Shown in pieces: positions 35,046 through 48,595 of a stretch of DNA of 64,000 nt. The notes beneath the pieces are model-generated. The model saw only the letters and a list, made by a program, of their open reading frames with translations. It did not search any database and was not told the DNA's origin. Each line of letters starts with the position of its first letter. Positions within the stretch are counted from its first letter, which is position 1. A program made the translations under genes and the position numbers. The stretch comes from the human T2T-CHM13v2.0 reference genome, Homo sapiens, in assembly GCF_009914755.1 (NCBI RefSeq), contig NC_060926.1; one strand, given 5' to 3'.

Positions 35046-35369
35046 AAAAAGGAGAGATATTAATTGACCTTAACTTAATATATAGCAACAGTCTGTAAAG
35101 GCTGTTAGATGCACCAATGCAATGTAATGGAAGTGTTATCCTGTGCTCAGCCTGGGGGCCAGGGAAAAGAATCACTCTCTTCTCCTTTCTAGTTTTACCA
35201 TTTCTGGGGTGTTATTCTGAGAACCAAGCTTAAAAGAGACAAAGACAAGTGAGAGGCTTGTAGATTAGGACAATTAGCATGGAAAATAAATTTAGAAACT
35301 ATAATGCCAGGAAAGACCAAGGGAATACCAGCTGCCTTCAAATACTTGGAGGACTTAGGTGTGAATAAT

Positions 35370-35610
35370 GGCAACATTTTAACTTAGGTAGCATCTCACA
35401 ATTTCCAAAGCGCCTTTATTTTTATTATTTAATTTGATGCTTATATTGGCTTTGTGAGGTAGACCTTTATAAAACGGTAAGCTGTTTTATAAAGGAGGAA
35501 ACTCAAGCTCAAAGAGATTAACTTCATTTTGCTCTAAGTAGGATGGTGGTTAAGTGGAGATGTTGGGACAAGAATGCAGGCCTCTTGAATTATATTTAGT
35601 GTTCTTTCAA
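35370..35610 (-). mobile_element. MIR fragment
   Basis: tgtgaggtag...ggaggaaactcaagctcaaagag. Confidence 0.65.
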
Positions 35611-36458
35611 TGACATAAGACATCCTGTGCTTTTGTAGAAAGTGAACTAAGGGCCAATGGTAGTGAAGCAGAAGGCAGTGAATTCAATATAAAAATTTTT
35701 CAAAAACACTGGCAAGAACTTTCCGATAATGGAAGGGCCAGCCCCCCAAAGTTGTCAACTTTTCCAGTGGAAATTAGATAATCGTCCTTCAGGGATATTG
35801 TAGCAAAGATTCCAGTATGGAAAGACACTGGACAATCTTACTGGTTTCCATAACTGTTATTTTATTTGTATTAGACTGAGAAAGAAACAAACATATAAAT
35901 ATGCTGGCAACCTGCTGTGTTTTCATTAATCAGTTTGCTAACTAGGGCTGAAATCTGAAAACAAAATTCCATTTGAAAAATATTATTCAGGCTGGGTGGC
36001 AGATGAATGACTCATTGATATGTTTTTGTCAATCTTAATTCTGTTTACTTACTGGTCATAGTACATTGGTGTTGATTTCTCTTATACTTCAGCCATGTCT
36101 CTTAATACCAGTTACACTGAGAGACAAAGAACAAGAGAATAATTACGAAAAATCAGACTTTGGGAACTGAGCTGTCTGGGTTGAGGTCACCTCAAAAGCT
36201 CACGAAGTCTGATGTTTGTGCAGCCTCAAGTATATTTTTTACTGTGTGTCTGAAGCTCATGACACGATCAAGGTTAGTAACTATGGAGACTGGTGTGATT
36301 TATTTACCACTGAGGAGGTTTAGCACTGACAGAATCAGAACAGGCTTCCTCATGCAAACGGAGTGCCTGCCTATCCTTATTAAGGGGATCTGGGGAAAAA
36401 AAGATGAATTAATGCAAACGATGAATTAATGCAATTAAATGAGGTCACATGAAAGTAA

Positions 36459-36805
<347 letters not shown>

Positions 36806-36809
36806 ATCC

Positions 36810-37370
36810 TGTTCCTTCTCATCCCTGTGTCTCTGCTTATACAGTTTTCTCTTTTCAGAATGCACTCCTTATCCAGGGTAGTGACCTTCTAGCTCACCCC
36901 ACCGGTCCAAACCCCACCTCTTACACAAAGTCTTCCTGATAAAACTAACCAACATTTATGTCTCCCTTTTTGGACTGTGTCAGGCAGCTTCTGTACCATG
37001 CCTATTTGCAGTGGATTACATTCATAAAATGGGCTGAACATTGTGATTATTTTTCCCAGGGTTGTCCCCCATGGATATGCATTTTTTGTTCTGCCCAAGG
37101 GCACCTGGCCAAAGAGTTGAGTGGGAGCGGAGACCCAGCCCATGCTCCTTTCTCCATGCCAGTAGCATCCCTAGTGCCTTTCTGAATTCTCAGGAAACAT
37201 CAGTGGATGAGTGCTGGCCCTGGCTGTCCCTGAGTATTACCCTTGTGTTCACCATGTCTCCCCAATGGGTTTGTATACCCCTTGAGAGCAGGGGCTCTGT
37301 CACAACTTCTGCATTCCCCATGTGGCCTAGCCTTAGGTAAATGTTCCTTCGCTTGACTTGAACACAGACA
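36810..37370 (+). mobile_element. L2 fragments
   Basis: cttgagagcagggg..ctgt, ctgcattcccca..cctagc motifs. Confidence 0.5.
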
Positions 37371-37495
37371 AGGAATAGAAGGAGGTCTTTTTTTCTGGAA
37401 GTGAAGCACAGAGAAGGTGGTCTATAAAGGAGAGAGAAGGAAAAAGGCCTGGGGAAAGAAAGTGGAAGCAAAGGGGTTTGAAAATGCAGAGACTG

Positions 37496-37800
37496 GGCTG
37501 GACACAGTGGCTCATGCCTGTAATCCCAGCACTTTGGGAGGCCGAGGCGGTGGGGATCACGAGGTCAGGAGTTCAGGACCAGCCTGGCCAAAATGGTGAA
37601 ACCCCATTTCTACTAAAAATACAAAAATTAGCCGGGCCTGCTGGCAGATGCCTGTAATCCCAGCTACTTGGGAGGCTGAGGCAGAGAATTGCTTGAATCT
37701 GGGAGGCGGAGGTTGCAGTGAGCTGGAATCATGCCACCGCACTCCAGCCTGGGCAACAGAGTGAGACTCCGTCGCAGAAAAAAAAAAAAAAGAAAGAAAA
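37496..37800 (+). mobile_element. AluS SINE
   Basis: Alu consensus; TSD-like gaaaatgc.gagac. Confidence 0.95.
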
Positions 37801-38410
37801 TGCTGAGACCATGTATTAGTCCTGCTTTTTTTCTTGAGCTCCAAGAGCAGATTGATTTTCTTTGGCATGTCTGGCTCCTAATCTTTCATTCTATCCAAGG
37901 GCTATTGGGCACCAGAAAGAAGTTCTCAATGGTAAGGTGCTGGGCGTATGGGGGCAATGTCAGCATGTCTGGGTCCTGCTGGTTGCCGGAGCTGGGCTGG
38001 GGGTCTGAGTGTTTAGGACAAGGCCCAGCATGGGTTTGGAATCACAGAAGATCAGCAATAGTGATTGATCTTCAGGAGATGACCTGACGTATCTCACTGG
38101 ATCCCATGGGAAAAAATCCCAAGAAAACCCTTCTTCTCCCAAACAACATTTCTCTTCCCTTTTCAAAATGAAGTTACCTTCAAGCACAGTCGTGTCTTTT
38201 GCAAATCATGTTTTCTGGTGGGGCTTACCTCAGAGTCCTATGTCAGAGCCGGGCGGGCCTAGCTGACCACCTTCGCATTGAATTTCTCTTTTTTCAGAGT
38301 CAATGTCAATTATGCATATGACTTAAGAAGAAATCACTGGACCGTTTCATTGTTTCCTCTCTGAAACTTCCCTTACCTCAAACCCCAAACCAAAAATACC
38401 AAAACCTCAC

Positions 38411-38458
38411 CGCTCTTGAGCAAGCCACCAGAGGAGTGAGAACATGTCTGAGGAGTGG
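38411..38458 (-). other. Candidate 48-nt phase 2-2 exon (unverified)
   Basis: Pyrimidine-rich acceptor ending ctcacag; donor GCG|gtgagg; [15 protein letters not shown] open. Confidence 0.25.
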
Positions 38459-38525
38459 CTGTGAGCGGCCAAAGACCAGTTGCAGACAGAAGAAAATAAG
38501 AAATACATCAAAACGATGGAAATCT

Positions 38526-38891
38526 GACCGGGCACGGTGGCTCATGCCTGTAATCCCAGCACTTTGGGAGGCCGAGATGAGAGGATCGCTTGAGTCCAGG
38601 AGCTCGAGACCAGCCTGGCCAACATAGGGAGCTTGTGCCTCTATAAAAAATAAACAAAATTAGCCAGGTGTCGTGGCGCATGACTGTAGTCCTAGCTACC
38701 TGGGAGGCTGAGGTGGAATGATCACTTGACCCCAGGAGGTTGTGGCTGCAGCAAAAAAAACATCTCTTAAATTTTCATACTTTCTGGAGGCAGGGTCTTG
38801 CTCTGTTGCCCATGCCACTGCCACTGCCACTGCCACTCCAGCCTGGGCAACAGAGCGAGAACCTGTCTCAAAAAAAAAAAAAAAAAAAAAA
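38526..38891 (+). mobile_element. AluJ with internal inverted duplication
   Basis: J-type Alu with right arm interrupted at 38752-38812. Confidence 0.9.
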
Positions 38892-39128
38892 GCAAGCATG
38901 ACAATTTAAGAGTTGCTTTTTGTTTTGTCAGTAAGAAAACTGGATTCATTTACTATAGGCAAAACTTATTAGGTGGGATGGGTTTTGGATGATCAGAGGA
39001 AGTTGAAAATGTTGCCAATAGAACAGTTCTAAGGGATGATTAAGTCTCCCTCTTTGACATGAGCACAGACCTCATTAGCTAATGTCTTTCACATCTGGGT
39101 AGAAGTAGCACAAGTAAAATCATGGTGT

Positions 39129-39423
39129 GGCCAGGTGTGGTGGCTCATGCCTGAAATCCCAGCACTTTGGGAGGCCGAGGTGGGTGGTTCATGAGGTCAG
39201 GAGATCGAGACCATCCTGGCTAACAAGGTGAAACCCCCGTCTCTACTAAAAATACAGAAACTAGCTGTGCGTGGTGGAGGGCACCTGTAGTCCCAGCTAC
39301 TCGGGAGGCTGAGGCAGGAGAATGTGTGAACCCGGGAGGCGGAGCTTGCAGTGAGCCAAGATTGCGCCACTGCACTCCAGCCTGGGCAACAGAGAGAGAC
39401 TCCGTCTCAAAAAAAAAAAAAAA
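39129..39423 (+). mobile_element. AluY SINE
   Basis: gagatcgagaccatcctggctaac; TSD aaaatcatggtgtg. Confidence 0.96.
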
Positions 39424-39679
39424 TCATGGTGTGATGCAGCATAAACAGATGGGATTTTTACTGAACAGTGAAACAAAAAAGCACATCATGAAAACTCTGT
39501 CTCCTGAAATAGATGCTTTTTGTTTAAATACACCCTGATACCCATAAACAACAAAAATGAAGCTCCCTTGAAGTAGATGCTGCAAAACTGTTTCATGTCT
39601 ACTCAAACCAAAACTTCTGGTTTGTGGTATGGAATGGCAAAAAGGTTCTTTAAACGTAGTAGCTTTCTTCTTTGTAAAC

Positions 39680-40125
39680 CTGGACTAAGTAGACCTCTGG
39701 GACCTGGGACAAGTCACTCGATGTACCTAAACTTCAGTTAACTCATCTGCAACATGGGGTTTAACGATGCCATATGGGTTACCATGATCATCAAATGACA
39801 TAGTCCACGTAAAATAGATGTTTAGTGCAATGCCTGGAGCCTAGGTCTCAATAAATGTTTGCTATCCTTATGGTTTAGCCCAGTGGCTAACCATCTAGAT
39901 TCCAGTGCCAGCATGTCTGTCTTTGGATCCTGCCTTTACTATTAATACTTACTGGCTGTGCAATTTTCAGCCAGTTACTTCTCTGTTCATCCATTTTCTC
40001 AACTTTTAAATGAGGAGAAGACTACCAAATACTTGTATGGTTATTGTGAGGATTAAAGGAAATAAGCCTTTAGAGCACTGCTAGGCACACAGTGAGCACA
40101 TACTAAGTGTTAATTATTTTTATTA
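39680..40125 (+). mobile_element. Two tandem MIR elements
   Basis: Two MIR cores ending caataaatgtttgcta and cacagtgagcac. Confidence 0.75.
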
Positions 40126-40564
40126 TTCTGCAAACAGAACTTTGCTGTTGATAAGATGCTTCTCCTGCCTGCTCTGCATTCTCTACCCCAAATCTTGGAA
40201 TTCTTAGACTGTATAGCTCATCCTTTCTTTTTACATTTGAGCTACTAGAAATGCCTCAATTCACAAACTCTGTGGGATACCATTCCCTCTGTCCTGGGAC
40301 CACATTCAGTAGTGTGAAAGTGGAGGAACCAGGGACACTTACGTATGCAAGAGCCCTGATGTTAGCTCCTGTTGGTCTTCCTCCACCTCGCCCCTTCCCC
40401 AGCTTAGCCCTGGGGGCTCAAATATCATCCTAAGGATCTTGGGGGCTGTAGAATTGAATGAGAACCCTGACGAATACAACATCCTTTTTAAAATCTCCAC
40501 TCAGAAGAGGAATTTTACAGTAGACATTTAAGTCTTTGTGTAAATTTTAAATCAATGTGTCACA

Positions 40565-40883
<319 letters not shown>

Positions 40884-41111
40884 TCACAATTCCAGAGAAA
40901 TAGTCTCATTTTAAGATCCTTTGCTGATTCTAAAATAAAAGTCTTTATTTCATTGAAGAGATTTAAGGCATTAGGCAGTAGGTGGGGGGAGGATTTTGGA
41001 AATTCTCCTCCTAAAATAACATAATTCTCACTCTAAGTCTGGTCTTGCTAATAATAGCAACCACAATATAATGATTTTTAATAACAGTGACTACAATGAC
41101 CATTGAAGTGA

Positions 41112-41454
<343 letters not shown>

Positions 41455-41650
41455 TATGTAAATTGTTTTATTCAATCCTCACTGCAACCCTTGTAGGATG
41501 GTATTATTATATTATCCATTTATAAATAAAGACATTGAGGCTCAGAGAGGTTAAATGATTGCTTAGGAGCATACAGATAGTAGTCGTTAAAGAGTTGGGA
41601 TTTGAACCTAGGGCTGTGTGTCTTCAGAGACTGGGTGTGGACTCATCCTC
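41455..41650 (-). mobile_element. MIR SINE
   Basis: tgaggctcagagaggttaaatga...gggatttgaaccta. Confidence 0.85.
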
Positions 41651-41985
41651 CATGCCATACTGGAGAAAACTAAGCTTTGGGGGAACCTTTGTGAGACAGA
41701 CCAGAGGTCCTCTTTACCTTTCTTTCTGTAGGTTTTCCTGCCCTTCTTGCACAGATGGCCGTAAACACATGATTAGCTGGCAGAGGCTGCCTTGACTGAG
41801 TCTCCATTTCACAGAAGCGGCAATAGAGTGATTCTGTTTCTGGCGTCTCAGTGCAGGCACTGCTGAGTCGTGTGCTTGCCAGAGCCTTAGCTTAGCTGGA
41901 TTCTGATCTGTTAACTCTGTACCTTGTTGCAGTGGTGTGATGGTCTCAGGCTCCTTTTCTACCTACATGTGAGATTTTATACTAA

Positions 41986-42291
<306 letters not shown>

Positions 42292-43293
42292 TAAGTGAAC
42301 TTCTGAGGAAAATTATACCAAAACTTGTTTTTTGCGCATGCTCAACTAGACAACCTGAAAATGGAGTTAAAACATTTCACAGTCCCAGAGATTTCATAGG
42401 TTATCAGTTCTTCCTGTTTCAGGTCAAACCCCCAAATACTCAAAATACCTCCAAAATAATTATTCTTACTCTCTTGAAAGGAATCAATGTTTATAAAATA
42501 CAGGAGAGAGCCTGAAGACTGTGCTTTGTCTCTGTCTAATGTGATGTTCTCTGTGGGTTCTGTTAAAAGGTACAAGAGAAGGTCTATGTGTAATGCATAT
42601 TCAATTCTGCTATAGAAGAAAGCAAATGGGAGGGATAAAGCATACAAGAAATACCGAGCACACATAGAAATCAAGCTAGCAGCTTATGAGATATTGGTAA
42701 AACTCCCAGGATGTTAAGTTTAGATAATGAGTAAGGAAATTCTGCCTGCCTTGCGTGGCAGGCAGAATTCATAAGATGTGTTAAATATAGACAGTAAGTT
42801 AGTAATCTGTAAAACATATTAAAGAAAGATGGAATAAAGCAATATATGATGGGAAAAGAAAGAATGTTACTTATAAGTAGAAAGGGATGAAAAGATTAAG
42901 TCCTAATCATGCCCCTCTGGTCTGACAGCTACATCATTCCTAAATTGCCCATCCAATGGTGATACCCATTCTGATCCCACATGTTTGTGCCCAAGAAATG
43001 CACATAAAACCCAGAGGTGCTCAGCAGGCTAATTGGGAAGCTATAGCTGTGGTCAAGCCTACTTGCCCCTGGACCCCTTTGATAGAGCAAGTGTGTCACT
43101 GGCCCAGGGCACCTTCTCTCTGGGAACCCCTTGCTGCAACCTCATCACTTTATTTCTGGCCCTCATAACCACACGTCAGTAGGGGAGGCTGATGTGGCAG
43201 AGAGAGATAGGAGACACATGCACTGACCCTGCCAAGACTCAGGTAGTGGGGTCTTTCCACCCGTTGCATCCTATCCTAAGTGTGTTCACTTAC

Positions 43294-43506
43294 CTGTCTC
43301 TTTCACGTTGCTTTTTGTGGTGTCTTTTATATTGATTTACGAAATCATGCAATTCGAGCATATTTAGTTTTGAGGCTTTGAGCCTTTCCACCAAGGTAGG
43401 TTCCTACACGACATCCATATTAATTTCCATTTGAATCTTTTCACTAGTATCATCTATTTCCTTGGATAACACATCAGCAGTAGATACTTTCACTTCATCA
43501 GAGGAC
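43294..43506 (-). pseudogene. Candidate 213-nt symmetric exon with one in-frame stop
   Basis: Acceptor ggctctttcccag; consensus donor CAG|gtaagt; 70 full codons with a single TAG at 43404-43406. Confidence 0.4.
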
Positions 43507-44191
43507 CTGGGAAAGAGCCGTGCCAACAGAGTTTGGAATGGAGGCAAAACTAATTTTGGAGAGCTCCAATGTGTGTTGAAAAAGAAAGCAATCAAATAAT
43601 TGTGTTGTATCACATCCTGAATATGGTCTCAGGCCTTCTGCCAGGTAGTCAGAGAACATTTTTTATGAATTTGATTTTTTTTTTCCGCTAGGAAAATTAC
43701 CAAACCTCAGATTCAACCAGAATAGCACAAGAGGAATAGCATGGGCTCCCTGTCATTCGTTCACAGTACATTCGGGAGGGAGAAGAACAATGGTTTGTAA
43801 AATAGGTCCATACATAATGCATGATGTCAATAACACTGGGTAGCTTAGTGGCTCACATTGAGTGACCTTCTCAATATATTATTTATGCCTTTCATGTTTT
43901 TTTCTAGTATAACATCTTTTTTCCCTCTGGTCAAGTATTCTATTGCTCATTTATTGTGTTTTAACCACAAATGTCTTGCCACTATCAGTCACATGGCTCT
44001 AAATGAAATATAGATTATAAAAGGAAACACTTCCCACACATTAAAAAAATGATTTCCAGCTGGTCTTAAAAGTGTCTGCAGTTCCCTCTGGACGTAAGCA
44101 TTTATCTGCTAATGCTTATCACTTGGGACTTTCCCTGCTGTTTCAAAAGTGGGAACGTGGAGATTAAAGCCAGTGTTTTAGGAGATTAGTA

Positions 44192-44537
44192 CAGTTGTGT
44201 GCCGCGTAATAACATTTTGGTCAAGGATGGACTGCATGTATTACGGTGGTCCCATAAGATTACAATACTGTAGTTTTACTGTACCTTTTCTGTGTTTAGA
44301 TACGTTTAGATGGGCAAATACTTACCATTGTGTTACAATGGCCTACAGTATACAGAACAGTAACGTTTTACACAGGTTTCTAGCCTAGAAGCAATAGCTA
44401 GACCCTGTAGTTTAGGTGTGTAGTAGGCTACACCATCTAGGTTTGTGTAAGTACATTCTATGATGTTCACACAACGACAACATCTCCTAATGACAATTTC
44501 TCAGAATGTTTCCCCATCGTTAAAAAATGCATGATTG
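44192..44537 (+). mobile_element. Tigger3a/MER7-like non-autonomous TcMar DNA transposon
   Basis: cagttgtgtg...atgcatgattg termini flanked by TA on both sides; ggtggtcccataagatta motif. Confidence 0.85.
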
Positions 44538-44643
44538 TATTGAGAAACATAAAATTGGATACAATAAATATCACACTTCTATAAGAAGGTTTTAAGCACT
44601 ATACAGTGAAATTATGTCTCTCCTCCAGAAAACAAACAAATCT

Positions 44644-44983
<340 letters not shown>

Positions 44984-45181
44984 TCAGGAAATACAGAGCT
45001 TGGTCTGTCTGTGATCAGGAGGAATGAAGTTGTGTATTCAGAATGATAAAGTATAGGTGTGTGTGATGAAGTCCCAAGTGATCTGTAAATTCCTGCAGAG
45101 GACCTCACATTGCTGGGTGAAATCTTTGTGGGAAATTGGTAAAAAGAAAAAGACCCAGCAGGTACCCTAGAAACTCTAGAC

Positions 45182-45312
45182 CTAATACAGATTCCCTTCT
45201 TTATTGGTGGCTCTGAAAATTTTTCACACTGCTGCAGGTACTTTGGCCTTGGAGACATCTTACTGGGGACTTAACAATGAGAAAGACTTAGGGATTCATC
45301 ACTTCCAGGCAA
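45182..45312 (-). pseudogene. Candidate decayed exon (131 nt, one in-frame TAA)
   Basis: Strong acceptor tctcccttttccttacag; weak donor TAG|gtctag; LPGSDESLSLSHC*VPSKMSPRPKYLQQCEKFSEPPIKKGICI. Confidence 0.22.
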
Positions 45313-45844
45313 CTGTAAGGAAAAGGGAGATCCCCGTGCCTGAACTTATAGGGTTGGATAATCATTTTCCTTCCTGTTACACAACTTGGTTTTCCTGGCT
45401 GTGGTGCTAGGTTTATAGCAGTTACAGGGTTTATTTAAGGCAATCCAACTTTGGACTTCAATAAGATAAATAGTGATATCTAAAAGAGACATAGTGAAGA
45501 AATCACACTCAACATGACAAAGCATTGAGATAAAAAGTAATAAAGTCCAGAAAAACTCTTCAAACAGTAATTTTGCTTCTAAAAATCCTTTGACTTTGAT
45601 GTGTCCATCAATCATAGGCCTATTTTTGCTTCATTTCATCTGTCTTTGGCTAAAATGGGTGGGATGAGGCTTTTTGGATAGCAGTAGTTGGTTTCTCCTA
45701 TTTTCTCTTAATGGACAAAGAAGCAAGATTTATGTCTGGAAGACTTGCTGAAAAGAACGAAGTGACCTCCCAGAGCCACCTAGTACCTTAGCAATAATCT
45801 CCCAGCTGAAATCATTGTTGCCTTGATGAGCTACAAATCAGGGT

Positions 45845-46090
45845 GGCATTTCCCAAACAGGATTCCCCCAAACTCAAGTTGCTTAAACTGCTAATATTTT
45901 CATTCTGTTCTGTTTTGTTTTAGCCATTGTGTATGGTCAAAAAAAAAAAAGATATGAAAAGTCCTGGGTTAAACAAATTTCAAGGGGTTTTTTTTTTTTT
46001 TGCAGGATATTTCAAAATATTTAATGTTCTAATGTGCATTGCATGTCTTGGAATTAAAGGTGTGCCGAAAACAGTTTGTGAAACATTGAA
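45845..46090. mobile_element. hAT-Charlie-like DNA transposon relic
   Basis: gggttaaacaaa...tgcagga...tttaatgttctaatgtgcatt resembles Charlie/MER117-type consensus. Confidence 0.45.
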
Positions 46091-46140
46091 CATTGGAGAG
46101 AACCTGTGGGGAAGTGGCCCATGCTTGGGACATCAGTTGA

Positions 46141-46405
46141 CTTCTTTTTTGTTTGTTTTGAGATGGAGTTTCACTCTTGTCACCCAGGCTGGAGTGCAAT
46201 GCATGATTTTGGCTCACTGCAACCTCCACCTCCTGGGTTCAAGTGATTCTTCCGCCCCAGCCTCCTGAGTAGCTGTGATTACAGGGACCCACCACCGTGC
46301 CTGGCTAATTTTTTGTATTTTTAGTAGAGACAGGATTTCTCCATGTTGGTCAGGCTGGTCTTGAACTCCTGACCTTAGGCGATCACTCGCCTCAGCCTCC
46401 CAAAG
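46141..46405 (-). mobile_element. 5'-truncated AluS
   Basis: Ends at cctcccaaag; TSD cagttgacttctt on both sides. Confidence 0.93.
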
Positions 46406-46653
46406 CAGTTGACTTCTTGGCTGCCAATGGTTAAGCAATGCCACTGGACAGCCCCCTGTGTGACTGAGGGATAGGGATGAAAAAGGCAGGAAAAAAAGGA
46501 AGACAAAGCTGAAAAATACAGAGGAATACGTAGAAGAAAATAAAAATTCCTGCTTCATACCACCCCAAAATAACCATTTTAAACCTGCAATATGTTTCCT
46601 TCTAGTCATCTTACTGTGTGTGTGTATGATTATGCTCATCATATAAATTACCC

Positions 46654-46940
46654 TTTTTGTTTTTTGAGATGCAGTCTCGCTCTGTCACCCAAGCTGGAGT
46701 ACAATGGCGCAGCTCACTGCAACCTCCGTCTCCCCGGGTTCAAACGATTCTCCTGCCTCAGCCTCCCTAATAGCTGGGACTACAGGCGCCCGCCACCACG
46801 CCCAGCTAATTTTTGTATTTTCAGTAGAGACGGGGTTTCACCACATTGGCCAGAATGGTCTCCATCTCTTGACCTCATTATCCTCCCACCTCGGCCTCCC
46901 AAAGTGCTGGGATTACAGGCATGAGCCACTGCGCCCGGCC
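46654..46940 (-). mobile_element. AluSc-like SINE
   Basis: Antisense Alu. Confidence 0.95.
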
Positions 46941-47723
46941 AACTATACATTTTTATATGATAATCATACTATGTATAATTTGACATTTTGTATTTTAAGT
47001 TTAATACTTTATATGTATGTACTTGAAAGCATAAACTAAATATAGTACTTCCATATCATTATTTTCCTATTAATTGATAATTAGGTTATTCCCAACTTTA
47101 GTATAAAAATAAAGGACACATAAATGGCACACTGAAGAAATCAGGTTCATAGGAAATAAACAAAAGGCAGCCATATTTTTGTCTTTCAAAATTTTGACTT
47201 TAACAATGTATCCAGGGAAGGAAAGTATTTCCCTTAACCCTGAAAACTTGGGCAGTCCCATGAATTTCTGAATTACAAAGTTACTTTAAGCTTCATTATC
47301 TCCACTCAGAAATTAAAACGTCTAGTCCAAAATAAGAAGTCACATTTTAATCTTCATTTAAAGGTATGGCTCTTCCCATCCCCAGGTAGGCCAGTGGCAG
47401 GTTGTGTGTGGTCAGCTTCTTCTTGTTTCCCTCTTCCCCTACTCAATAGCTACTGTTGCTGACCTGGGGCTGGGCAGGGAGAGGGATGAGAGGTAAGGGG
47501 ATGAGACGGAGAATTCCTACGTGGTTGTCTCATAAGCTGCGGCAGTCTGCAGCTGCCTCCCTGTCAGGGGTGCGCTCCCTTGATGGCAGCATTGATACAG
47601 TCTCCTTGGGCTGGCCGTTGTCCTGGGGGACCCTTGCTTTCCTGCAGTCCACTCCGTACAGACTTTCTCAGCTGGGTTCTATCGTTGTCACCCACGTGGT
47701 CTTGGGTAGGGTCCCTTTTTAAA

Positions 47724-48030
47724 ATTATTTTATTTTATTTTATTTTTCCAGACGGAGTCTCACTCTGTCACCCAGGCTGGAGTGCAGTGGCACCATCTCT
47801 GCTCACTGCAAGCTCTGTCTCCTGGATTCACGCGATTCTCCTGCCTCAGCCTCTCCAGTTGCTAGGACTATAAGTGCACGCCACCATGCCCGGCTATTTT
47901 TTGTATTTTTAGTAGAGACAGGGTTTTGCCATGTTGGCCAGGCTGGTCTCGAACTCCTCACCTCAAGTGATTCACCCGCCTTGGCCTTCCAAATTGCTGA
48001 GATTACAGGTGTGAGCTACCACACCCGGCC
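47724..48030 (-). mobile_element. AluS SINE
   Basis: Antisense Alu; TSD ggtcccttt. Confidence 0.95.
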
Positions 48031-48394
48031 AGGTCCCTTTGAATAAGACCCCAGGCAGAGCGTTCTCCTAGGGAGTCTGCCTCTGATTCCTGGGATGCAC
48101 ACAACTTCCATCCACTGTACCACTGCTCAGACAAAGCCCTCTCTCCTGCTGCCAGTTACCACTGCTTTCTCAGATGTGAGTGGTACCAATGCCTGTGACC
48201 TTCAACGGCAAGGGGCACATATGAGACTTTCTGAATGGTCCCTTTAAATCCTCCTCTTGGGTCTTGAAGTGAAGGGGGAAGCACTCCTCCCCATTTTGGT
48301 GGGGAAGTGGGACACAGCACAATCTCTTTCTGAGAAGTCCTCTTCAAAAACCCGTTTTTCTCCTCTCTCTCAGCTCTTTTACATCTTTTTTAAA

Positions 48395-48595
48395 AATCTA
48401 ATTTAATTTAATTTTAATTTCTGGGATACATGTACGGGACATGCAGTTTTGTTACATACGCAAACGTGTGCCATGGTGGTTTGCTGCGCCTATCAATCTA
48501 TCACCTAAGTTTTAAGCCCCACATGCATTAGCTATTTATCCTGATGCCCCCCTCCCCTCCATACTCCCTCTGCACCTTGACAGGCCCAAGTGTGT
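48395..48595 (-). mobile_element. Short L1PA 3' end
   Basis: gggatacatgt...gtgccatggtggtttgctgc...catgcattagctatt. Confidence 0.88.
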
